Source: Luminiphilus sp.
GTDB taxonomy: Bacteria; Planctomycetota; UBA1135; UBA2386
Direction: 5' to 3'
NCBI GenBank assembly: GCA_041236755.1
Contig: JBERSB010000309.1
Location: 1-40,327, forward strand
Length of the DNA stretch: 40,327 nucleotides
How positions within the stretch are numbered: the first letter of the stretch is position 1; each line of letters starts with the position of its first letter. The notes under the pieces were generated by a model. That model searched no databases and was not told where the DNA came from. It saw only the letters and a program-made list of their open reading frames with translations. Position numbers and translations under genes: made by a program. Positions 16,998-24,381 of this stretch are shown in pieces.

Positions 16998-17629
16998 GCG
17001 CCCTCCAGCTCGAACAGCGAGACGCCGGCGCGGCGCGCGCAGAAGACCCCGCCGCCGCAGTCCTGGAAGTGCTCGCGCAGCCGCCGGCGGTAGAACGAGG
17101 CGGTGCGGAGGTGCACGTCTCCGTCGGTGACCGACTGGTCGCAGTTCTCGTCCCAGTCACGCTGCGTCAGCGCCTCGAGGTAGAGCGCCCCGTCGGTCCA
17201 TTCGGCGAGGTTGCGCAGCGCCTTGGCCGCGTCCTTGTTGCTGAGGTACTGCAGCACCCCCTGGCACACGACGAGGTCGAAGGACGCGCGCCCCAGCTCA
17301 CGTTCCGGGTCCAGCTCTGTCACCGAGCCGCGGTGCCAGCCGTACTCCTCGCACAAGTAGTAGCTGTACTCGACGCCGTAGTAGCGGGCCTTGGGCCACA
17401 GCCGCGCGCTCGCCTGCTGCCAGTGGCCGACCCCGCAGCCGATGTCGAGCACCGAGCGCACGGGCACTTCCAGGTAGTCGAGGTAGCCCTTGACGAACGT
17501 CGCGAGCCGGTCGATCTCGCGCTGGTCGCTGACCCTCGTGGCCGCTGCGCCGTAGTAGCGCGGGTAGTAGGAGGAGTCGAACGGCCCGTCGTCGTCGGGG
17601 TGGCGCTGGTCTGCGTCTCGCGTGCTCAT
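16994..17629 (-). CDS. Class I SAM-dependent methyltransferase
   Basis: Start ATG 17629 (MSTRDADQ). Motif I is VLDIGCGVGHW, with a later DLVVCQGVLQYL. The stop overlaps the start of the M48 peptidase gene. Confidence 0.85.
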   Translation of the reverse strand: MSTRDADQRHPDDDGPFDSSYYPRYYGAAATRVSDQREIDRLATFVKGYLDYLEVPVRSVLDIGCGVGHWQQASARLWPKARYYGVEYSYYLCEEYGWHRGSVTELDPERELGRASFDLVVCQGVLQYLSNKDAAKALRNLAEWTDGALYLEALTQRDWDENCDQSVTDGDVHLRTASFYRRRLREHFQDCGGGVFCARRAGVSLFELEGA

Positions 17630-17734
17630 GGTGCGGCGCGGCGATCGTCGCCGACGCGCGCCCTCGACGCCACGCGAAACGCGCGCGGCGGCAGCGTGGC
17701 AGCGGCGCACGCAGCCGCTACGATCGCGGCGCAG

Positions 17735-18226
17735 ATGACCGAGATCCGCAGAGCCCGCCCAGGCGACGAGCCGCACATCGCGCGGTTCATCCGCGACCTC
17801 GCGCGCTACGAGAAGCTCGAACACGAGCTCGACCTGAGCGAGGAGCGGCTGCACGAGCACCTGTTCGGCGATAGCCCGGTCTGCGCGGCCTTCCTCGCCG
17901 AGGACAGAGACCAGCCGATCGGCTTCGCGCTCTACTACGTCAGCTACTCGACGTTCTGGTGCAGGCCCTACCTCTACCTGGAAGACCTCTACGTCGACCC
18001 GCCGCACCGCGGCCGCGGCTGTGGCCTCGCGCTGCTCAAGCGCCTCGCCCAGGAGGCCGTCGAGCGCGGCTACCCGCGGATGGACTGGAACGTGCTCGAC
18101 TGGAACCAGCTGGCGATCGACTTCTACGAGCGCCAGGGGGCCAGGCTGCTGCCCGACTGGCGGACCTGCCGGCTCGAGGGCGACGCGCTGCGCGCGATGG
18201 CGGACGGTCAGTTGCCGGCGGTCTGA
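17735..18226 (+). CDS. GNAT family N-acetyltransferase (diamine/spermidine acetyltransferase-like)
   Basis: Start ATG 17735 (MTEIRRARPGDE). The acetyl-CoA motif is VDPPHRGRGCGLALLKRLAQEA, with C-terminal AIDFYERQGA. Confidence 0.88.
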   Translation: MTEIRRARPGDEPHIARFIRDLARYEKLEHELDLSEERLHEHLFGDSPVCAAFLAEDRDQPIGFALYYVSYSTFWCRPYLYLEDLYVDPPHRGRGCGLALLKRLAQEAVERGYPRMDWNVLDWNQLAIDFYERQGARLLPDWRTCRLEGDALRAMADGQLPAV

Positions 18227-19455
18227 TTGAGCCAGTCGAGCCAGGGCTCCTCAAGGCGCTCGATCGGCGTCCCCATGTGCCGATCGAAGGCGGTGCTGCT
18301 GTCACCGAGCCGGTCGCCGAGCGAGGCGCGCACGTAGTCGAGGAAGCGCGGCCGCGTCCCGAGCGGGTTGTCGGCGTCGAGCAGCCACGCCGTGAACATC
18401 GTCGCGGCGGCCCAGTTGGTCTGCGTCGCGGTGTTGTCCGTCAGGTAGAAGCCGCCGTACATCGGCAGGTGCACGAGGTGGGTCAGCCGGTAGCCGCGAC
18501 CGAGCGCGCGAAGCGCGGTCAGGTCGTCGCCGCGGGGAGCGCCCGGTGCTGCGAACCCTGCCTCGCCCTGCATGACCCGCTGCATCTGCATGCCCAGGCC
18601 GACCTCGAGCCACGCGCACACGCGGTCGCGGTTGTTCTGCAGGTTGGCGTCGCCGATCAGCGTGCGGTAGAGCAGGCCCTGCGCGCCGACGAAGAACAGC
18701 CCCTCGGGCCGCAAAGGAGCAGCACCTGCGTAGAACGTGCGCGCCTCGTCCGCGTGCGGCGGCGGCTCGAAGTAGGGGCGCGGCCGGAAGCCCCACTTGG
18801 GGAACTCCGCGCCGCGTCGGTAGGCGCGCACGTCGATCGGCGCGAGCACCTCGCGCAGCTCGAGCTCGGCGCCGAGCTGCGCGAACCAGACGACGGCGAG
18901 GTGCTCGAGGTCGAACAGCGCGCGCACGTTGGCCAGGAGCCCCGCGTCGCACGTGAGCGTGAACCGCTCGCCCTGCAGCAGCAGCGGGCGGTCTTCGAGC
19001 GCGGCCTCGAGCTTCTCCCGCGTCAGCCACTTGCGCCCCGACGGCCACAGCCACTTGCCGTTGCGCAGCCGGTGGCCGAGCCGCTCGTGCATCGCCTCGT
19101 CGTCGTCGTCCAGCAGGACCAGCTCGAGCGCCTGCAGCTGCGCGAGGTGCTGCAGGTCGCGGTCGGTCGCCCAGTCGACGAGGTAGCGCAGCGCGCGACG
19201 CGAACGCCGGTGGCGCAGCCGCCGCTCGAAGAACCCCGCGACGTCTCCGGCCACCGTGCGCAGCTCGGCGACGTCCTCGCGCGCCACCCGCGTGCGCTTG
19301 CCGCCGGTCTGCACCAGCAGTTCGTCCTGGGCGTACGGCGTCGCCACCCGGCCGACGACGACCTGGCCGTTGTGCAGCGTGACCCGGTCGCGCACGTCGT
19401 CCTGCCCGGCGCACGTGGCCGCGAGCAGGATCGAGGTCGCGAGCGCGCGATTCAT
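18208..19455 (-). CDS. Hypothetical secreted protein
   Basis: Start ATG 19455 (MNRALATSILLAATCAGQ, signal-like). It is 415 aa with gene-like codon usage and no family recognised. Its 3' end overlaps the convergent GNAT gene by 19 nt. Confidence 0.6.
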   Translation of the reverse strand: MNRALATSILLAATCAGQDDVRDRVTLHNGQVVVGRVATPYAQDELLVQTGGKRTRVAREDVAELRTVAGDVAGFFERRLRHRRSRRALRYLVDWATDRDLQHLAQLQALELVLLDDDDEAMHERLGHRLRNGKWLWPSGRKWLTREKLEAALEDRPLLLQGERFTLTCDAGLLANVRALFDLEHLAVVWFAQLGAELELREVLAPIDVRAYRRGAEFPKWGFRPRPYFEPPPHADEARTFYAGAAPLRPEGLFFVGAQGLLYRTLIGDANLQNNRDRVCAWLEVGLGMQMQRVMQGEAGFAAPGAPRGDDLTALRALGRGYRLTHLVHLPMYGGFYLTDNTATQTNWAAATMFTAWLLDADNPLGTRPRFLDYVRASLGDRLGDSSTAFDRHMGTPIERLEEPWLDWLNQTAGN

Positions 19456-19492
19456 GAAAGGATTGTAGCGCGCCGGGCGTTGCATCCCCGAG

Positions 19493-20173
19493 ATGCTGCA
19501 GATGCGCTGGCAAGACCTGCTGTTCCTGCACTGGCCCGTGGAGCCTGCCGCGGTGCGCCCGCACCTTCCTGAGGGCCTGACGCTCGACACCTTCGACGGC
19601 CGGGCGTGGCTCGGCGTCGTGCCGTTCACGATGGCGTCGACCCGCTTCCGCTGGTTGCCGCCGATGCCGACCGCGCGCTGCTTCCCCGAGTGCAACCTGC
19701 GCACCTACGTGCGCTGCGGCGACCGCGCGGGCGTGTGGTTCTTCAGCCTGGACGCGCACAGCCGCCTCGCGGTCGAAGGCGCGCGGATCGGCTTCGGGCT
19801 GCCCTACTTCGTGGCCGACATGGCGAGCCAGAGAGACGGCGACCGCATCGTCTACCGCAGCCGCCGCGTCGACCGCCGGGGACCGCCCGCGACCTTCGAG
19901 GGCAGCTGGCGTGCCGCAGGGGCGTGGCGCACCGCCGCGCCGGGGTCGCTCGAGCACTTCCTCGTCGAGCGCTACAGCCTGTTCGCGCTGCGCCGCGGCC
20001 GCCTCGTGCGCGGCGACGTGGCGCACCCGCCGTGGCAGCTCGCAGCAGCGGACGTCGAGCTCCAGCGCTGCGACATGGCGCGCCTGCTGGACCTGCAGCT
20101 CCGAGGTCCGCCGGTCTCGGCGCTCGCGACGCAGCCGATCGACGTCGAGGCGGCGAGGCCGTTGCCGGTGTAG
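19493..20173 (+). CDS. DUF2071 (YqjF-like) family protein
   Basis: WQDLLFLHWPVEPAAVRPHLPEGLTLDTFDGRAWLGVVPFTM and CNLRTYV match the remembered DUF2071/YqjF N-terminal signature. Confidence 0.75.
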   Translation: MLQMRWQDLLFLHWPVEPAAVRPHLPEGLTLDTFDGRAWLGVVPFTMASTRFRWLPPMPTARCFPECNLRTYVRCGDRAGVWFFSLDAHSRLAVEGARIGFGLPYFVADMASQRDGDRIVYRSRRVDRRGPPATFEGSWRAAGAWRTAAPGSLEHFLVERYSLFALRRGRLVRGDVAHPPWQLAAADVELQRCDMARLLDLQLRGPPVSALATQPIDVEAARPLPV

Positions 20174-20286
20174 TTCGCTGCACGCTCGCGGCGGCTTGCT
20201 TCCCCTCTGGGACTTCGGTAGCGTCCGGCGCATGTCGCGACGGGCCGTGGTCGGGGGCCGCAGAGGCCCGGGACGACGAGGACGTC

Positions 20287-20306
20287 GTCACGTCGCGACA
20301 CGTGAC
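20287..20306. promoter_or_regulatory. Inverted repeat (candidate operator) 21 nt upstream of the carrier-protein gene
   Basis: gtcacgt (20287-20293) and acgtgac (20300-20306) are perfect 7-bp arms with a 6-nt spacer. A second palindromic element, gacgac..gtcgtc, is immediately upstream at about 20271-20289. Confidence 0.3.
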
Positions 20307-20326
20307 CCGCAGCGCGCAGGGCTTCG

Positions 20327-20581
20327 ATGAGCGCAGACGAAGTGCGACAGGACCTGCTGGCCTGGATCGTCGCGAACGCCACGCAGCCGTGCGCGATCGA
20401 GGACATCCACTCCGACGTGAGCATGTGCGACGCGGGCTACATCGACTCGATCCGCGGCGCGGACCTGCTCGCGCACATCGAGCGCCGCTACGCGGTGCGG
20501 GTCGAGGAGGTCGAGCTGGTCGGCAGGCTCCAGACGCTGGACGAGCTGGTGGCGCACGTCGCAGGAGGCAGTCATGAGTGA
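20327..20581 (+). CDS. Acyl/peptidyl carrier protein, DltC-like
   Basis: 84 aa. The candidate phosphopantetheine Ser41 lies in DAGYIDSIRGADLLAHIERRY (codon 20447-20449), similar to the DltC LLDSMGTV helix-2 context. The stop overlaps the next start by 8 nt. Confidence 0.8.
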   Translation: MSADEVRQDLLAWIVANATQPCAIEDIHSDVSMCDAGYIDSIRGADLLAHIERRYAVRVEEVELVGRLQTLDELVAHVAGGSHE

Positions 20582-21593
20582 ACTCGCGAAGCACGCGTTC
20601 GAGGTCGGGATGCCTCACATGGTCACCGACCAGCTCTCCGAAGTGGAGCTGCTGAAGCTCGTCGGCGACTTCCAGTGGCGGCAGATCGCGGCCTCGCTGG
20701 GCCGCTCGACCAAGGACCTGCAGAACAGCGCGGGCGACCGCCTCTACGCGTCGTTCATCAACATCGAGCTAGACTTCGGCTCGGGTGACGGCGCGGACAT
20801 CGGGCGCTTCGAGGAAGGGGACCGCGTCGAGGTCGCCGGGACCACCCGCTTCTACGGCCGCCAGTTCGTCGAGGGCTGGAGCGTGCTCGACCGCGCGGCG
20901 CTGGACGAAGACAGGGTCCGCACCGTGTCCTCGCGCGCGGACCTGGACGGCGTCGGCCGGCCTTGGGTCTACATGACCAACGCGTTCGTCGGCCGCGTCT
21001 CGGGCAACCTCCGCCTCAAGACCTACGCGCCCGACGGCGTGCAGGACGGCGCGGTCGCCACCACCGACGACAAGCCCGCAGGCATCACGGCGCACGAAGA
21101 CGCGCTGCAGCGCGGCCTGCAGCTGCCCGCGGGCGCGCGCCCGCTGCCGTGCACCGACGACGGGCCCGTGCTCTACCAGGTGCTCCCCGAGAGCGACCTG
21201 AACGGCGCCGGCCTGCTCTACTTCGCGCGCTACGTCGCGATGATGAACTACGCCGAGCGCGTGCAGAGCCTGGACCGCATGGCGCCGCCCATGTCGGCGC
21301 AGCTGAGCCGGCACCTCGCGACCAGGCGCCGCAGCCTCTACTACTTCGCCAACGCGCCGGCGAACGAGCGCGTGCGCGTGTTCTGCACGCCCGCGTTCGT
21401 GCCCGCAGGCAGCGCGGGCTCGGACCCGCTGTCCACGGACTTCGGCAGCGTCGTGCATCGCCACGAGCTCTACCGGGACTCGGACGGCGCTCTGATGGCG
21501 ATGTCGCTCGTCGAGAAGGCGCTGCGCGTCCCCAACCGCCTGAAGGGCACGCTCGCCGAGGTGCGGCGCATGCTGGCGCGGCTCGGCTGCTGA
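20574..21593 (+). CDS. Double hot-dog-like protein, LnmK / Pnap_2097-type putative acyltransferase-decarboxylase (assignment by recollection)
   Basis: 339 aa with an AGGAGG SD at 20563-20568. The N-terminal half is GMPHMVTDQLSEVELLKLVGDFQWRQIA. The C-terminal half, YQVLPESDLNGAGLLYFARYVAMMNYAERV, is a classic hot-dog thioesterase-type D-x-N-x-x-G...Y motif. Confidence 0.6.
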   Translation: MSELAKHAFEVGMPHMVTDQLSEVELLKLVGDFQWRQIAASLGRSTKDLQNSAGDRLYASFINIELDFGSGDGADIGRFEEGDRVEVAGTTRFYGRQFVEGWSVLDRAALDEDRVRTVSSRADLDGVGRPWVYMTNAFVGRVSGNLRLKTYAPDGVQDGAVATTDDKPAGITAHEDALQRGLQLPAGARPLPCTDDGPVLYQVLPESDLNGAGLLYFARYVAMMNYAERVQSLDRMAPPMSAQLSRHLATRRRSLYYFANAPANERVRVFCTPAFVPAGSAGSDPLSTDFGSVVHRHELYRDSDGALMAMSLVEKALRVPNRLKGTLAEVRRMLARLGC

Positions 21594-21681
21594 GGGGCTC
21601 GGGCGCCGGCGACTGCGCGGTTGGCCGCCGAATGCGCTGGAGTCGCCCGCGCGGCGCCGCAGAATGGCGGCTGCCTGAGGG

Positions 21682-23088
21682 ATGCTGTTCTCCGAGCCAC
21701 TCTTCCTGTTCGGCTTCTTGCCGCTGGTGCTCTGCGTCTACTACGCCGCACCCGCGCGCGCGCGCATCGGGCTGCTCGCCGCCGCGAGCTACACGTTCTA
21801 CGGCTGGTGGGACTGGCGCTTCCTGCTGCTGATCGCGTTCACGACTGCAGTCGACTTCAGCTGCGCGCGCCTGATGGCCGGCCGCGAGCGCAAGCAGCGA
21901 CGGCCGCTCCTGCTGGTCTCGCTGGTCTCGAACCTGTCGCTGCTCGGCTTCTTCAAGTACTTCGGCCTGGGCGTCGAGACCGCGGACCACGTGGCGCGTT
22001 GGTTCGGCGGCGGCCTCGACCAGGGCCTGCTCGACTTCGAGGTCGTGCTGCCGGTCGGCATCTCGTTCTTCGTCTTCCAGAGCCTCTCCTACACGGTCGA
22101 CGTCTACCGGGACGCGGTGCAGCCGAGTCGGTCGCTGTTGGTCTACGCCTGCTACGTGTCGCTGTTCCCGCAGCTCGTCGCCGGGCCGATCGTGCGCTAC
22201 CGGCAGCTCGAGCAGGACCTGCGCGCGCCGGTGCTGACCGACGAGAAGCGCTACGCGGGCATCCAGCTGTTCTTGTTCGGGCTCGCCAAGAAGGTCGTCT
22301 TCGCGGACTCGCTCGCGCTGTTCGCCGAGGCGGTGTTCGACGCGCCCGAGATCGCGTCGCTGCCCGCCCCGCTCGTACTGGTCGGCGTGCTCGCCTACAC
22401 GTTCCAGATCTACTTCGACTTCTCGGGCTACTCGGACATGGCCGCCGGCATCGGCCACATGCTCGGCTTCCGCTTCCCGAAGAACTTCGACTCGCCCTAC
22501 AAGTCGGCGTCGATCACCGAGTTCTGGCAGCGCTGGCACATCTCGCTGTCGACGTGGCTGCGTGACTACCTGTTCCTGTCGCTCGGCGGCAACGCCCGGG
22601 GCGTGGCGCGAGCCTGCGCCAACGTCTTCGTGACGATGCTGCTCGGCGGGCTCTGGCACGGTGCCGGGTGGAACTTCGTGCTCTGGGGCGGCTATCACGG
22701 CGCGCTGCTCGCGATCGAGCGTGCGCTCGGCGCGCGCAACCCGCTGCTGCGGTTGCCCAAGGCCGCGCAGCGCGCGGTGTGCTTCCTGCTCGTCGCGTTC
22801 GGGCTGGTGTTCTTCCGCGCGGCGACGCTCGCCGACGGGGCAGCCGTGCTGTCGGCGTTGGGCAACTGGGACGTCGTCGGCCACGTGCCGCTGCTGCACG
22901 GGGTCTTCGGCCTCGAACACCTGGTCTTCGGCGCGAGCGCCTTGGTGGTCTTCTTCTGCAGGAACAGCTGGCAGGTCTCGACGCGGCCGTCGGTCGGCAA
23001 GACCGCAGGCCTGCTGCTGCTGCTCTTGGTGACGCTCGGCTTCCTGCTCGGCTCCACGAACCACCCGTTCCTCTACTTCCAGTTCTGA
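21682..23088 (+). CDS. Membrane-bound O-acyltransferase (MBOAT), DltB/AlgI family
   Basis: 468 aa and multi-TM. The N-terminus is MLFSEPLFLFGFLPLVL, with the signature ITEFWQRWHISLSTWLRDYLF and the conserved His region GGLWHGAGWNFVLWGGYHG. Confidence 0.92.
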   Translation: MLFSEPLFLFGFLPLVLCVYYAAPARARIGLLAAASYTFYGWWDWRFLLLIAFTTAVDFSCARLMAGRERKQRRPLLLVSLVSNLSLLGFFKYFGLGVETADHVARWFGGGLDQGLLDFEVVLPVGISFFVFQSLSYTVDVYRDAVQPSRSLLVYACYVSLFPQLVAGPIVRYRQLEQDLRAPVLTDEKRYAGIQLFLFGLAKKVVFADSLALFAEAVFDAPEIASLPAPLVLVGVLAYTFQIYFDFSGYSDMAAGIGHMLGFRFPKNFDSPYKSASITEFWQRWHISLSTWLRDYLFLSLGGNARGVARACANVFVTMLLGGLWHGAGWNFVLWGGYHGALLAIERALGARNPLLRLPKAAQRAVCFLLVAFGLVFFRAATLADGAAVLSALGNWDVVGHVPLLHGVFGLEHLVFGASALVVFFCRNSWQVSTRPSVGKTAGLLLLLLVTLGFLLGSTNHPFLYFQF

Positions 23089-24350
23089 TGAGCACGAACG
23101 ACCAGCACGACCCGCTGCACCGTCGCCACGTCCGGATCTTCGCCGGGGTGTGGCTCGTGCTGGTCGTGCTGTGGCTGTTGCCCGAGCCGGCTGCGTGGAG
23201 CGCGCCGCACCGCGGCTGGGAGACGGCCCTGGTCAGCGGCGTCGTCGACAAGCGGCGCGAGGTCGAGGTGCGCACGGCGCCGTTCGCGGCGCGCTCCAGC
23301 TGGGAGGGCACGGCGACCGGCGACCTCAGCTACCTGTTCGACCTGCCGCACCTCGACATGCCGCGGGCGCAGACGTTCCACACCGACGAGTACGGGTTCC
23401 GCAACCCGCCCGGAACGTCGGCGAGCAACCGCGACGTGGTCGTGGTGGGCAACTCGTGCGCGGTCGGCTCGTCGGTGCGGGACGAGGAGACCCTCTCCGG
23501 TCGGCTGCGCGCGCTCGGCGTCGCGGCGACGGACTCCGGCGGCTTCGGCCTGCAGGCGTTCCTCCAGGACCCGCGGTGGCAGCAGCCGCCGCCGAAGAGG
23601 GTCGTGCACTACGTCGACGAAGCGTCGCTGCTGCCCCCGCTGCTGCGCGAGGACCTGCCCGCGCTCGACCTGCCCGCGTTCGAGACCCGCGAGGAATACG
23701 AGGCTTGGATCCGTCGCGAGGTCGCGTCGCTCGACCGGACCGAGGAAGGGGTCGGCAGCGACGACCTGCCGTCGTGGCTCCGCTGGTTGCCGTCCAACGA
23801 CGCGCAGCAGCGGCTCAAGGCGGACCTCGCCGCGCGGCAGACCCTGATCGCAGGCGTGTTCGCGTACCTCGTGCCGCGCGCCGCGCACGCGCTCGGCTTG
23901 CCCACGTTCTTCGACGCGGCGCTCCTGCACGTCGACGAGCCGTCGGGGCAGGTCTTCTACCGGCCCTCGGCTGCGCGCTACCTGGATCCCGCGCAGCTGC
24001 AGCAGGCGCTGCAGAGCGTGGATCTGCTGGCCGGGACGTTCCAGGCCGCTGCCCAGCTGCTCGAGGCGCGCGGCACGCGGCTGATCGTGCTGGTGTGCCC
24101 CAACAAGGAGCTGGTCTACCGCGACCTGATCCCAGCGCTCGCCGACGTCGACACCGGCGCCGTGCTGACCCGGCTGGACGAGCGCTTGACCGCGCTCGGC
24201 GTGCCGCACGTCGACGCGTGGGCCGTGTGCCGGCGCGCGCGGCAGGAGCAGCCCGACGCGCCGCTGTTCTTCGGCGACGACACGCACCCGACGCCGCGCT
24301 TGCAGGACCTGCTGGCGCAGCAGGTGGCGGAGATCGTAGCCGGTAGGTAG
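23088..24350 (+). CDS. DltD-like membrane-anchored SGNH/GDSL-fold protein (extracytoplasmic acyl-transfer partner of the MBOAT)
   Basis: The ATG overlaps the MBOAT TGA (TGATG at 23086-23090). It has an N-terminal TM (IFAGVWLVLVVLWLL), a block-I-like VVVVGNSCAVGS, LIVLVCPNKELVYRD, and a C-terminal DxxH (FFGDDTHPTP). Confidence 0.7.
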   Translation: MSTNDQHDPLHRRHVRIFAGVWLVLVVLWLLPEPAAWSAPHRGWETALVSGVVDKRREVEVRTAPFAARSSWEGTATGDLSYLFDLPHLDMPRAQTFHTDEYGFRNPPGTSASNRDVVVVGNSCAVGSSVRDEETLSGRLRALGVAATDSGGFGLQAFLQDPRWQQPPPKRVVHYVDEASLLPPLLREDLPALDLPAFETREEYEAWIRREVASLDRTEEGVGSDDLPSWLRWLPSNDAQQRLKADLAARQTLIAGVFAYLVPRAAHALGLPTFFDAALLHVDEPSGQVFYRPSAARYLDPAQLQQALQSVDLLAGTFQAAAQLLEARGTRLIVLVCPNKELVYRDLIPALADVDTGAVLTRLDERLTALGVPHVDAWAVCRRARQEQPDAPLFFGDDTHPTPRLQDLLAQQVAEIVAGR

Positions 24351-24353
24351 CGC

Positions 24354-24381
24354 TGCCGCTGTGCGCGTGGCCGCTGCGCGC
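24354..24381. repeat. Imperfect ~15-nt tandem repeat filling the 30-nt convergent spacer
   Basis: tgccgctgtgcgcg (24354-24367) and tggccgctgcgcgc (24368-24381). The core gccgctg recurs with period 15. The second copy abuts or overlaps the xth stop (cta at 24381-24383). Confidence 0.5.

Noticed and set aside
14305-17160. A 951-aa ORF on the minus strand spanning three real genes.
   Set aside because: Most of its translation is low-complexity Arg/Ala/Pro/Gly, typical of an off-frame read in high-GC DNA. Only the last 255 codons (14305..15072) read like a real protein. The M48 peptidase and the methyltransferase occupy other frames of the same strand.
21594-21681. Repeated ccgc(c/a)gaatg motifs (21626 and 21656) and gccgcc/ggcggc complementarity in the 88-nt gap between the hot-dog gene and the MBOAT gene.
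   Set aside because: The pairing is short and interrupted. It could be a weak attenuator or internal promoter, but the evidence is not above background for GC-rich DNA.
22534-22670. TGGCAC strings (for example near 22534 and 22651, and also 27801, 13405 and 9719) as candidate sigma-54 promoters.
   Set aside because: All lie inside well-supported coding sequence and lack a TTGC 5 nt downstream.
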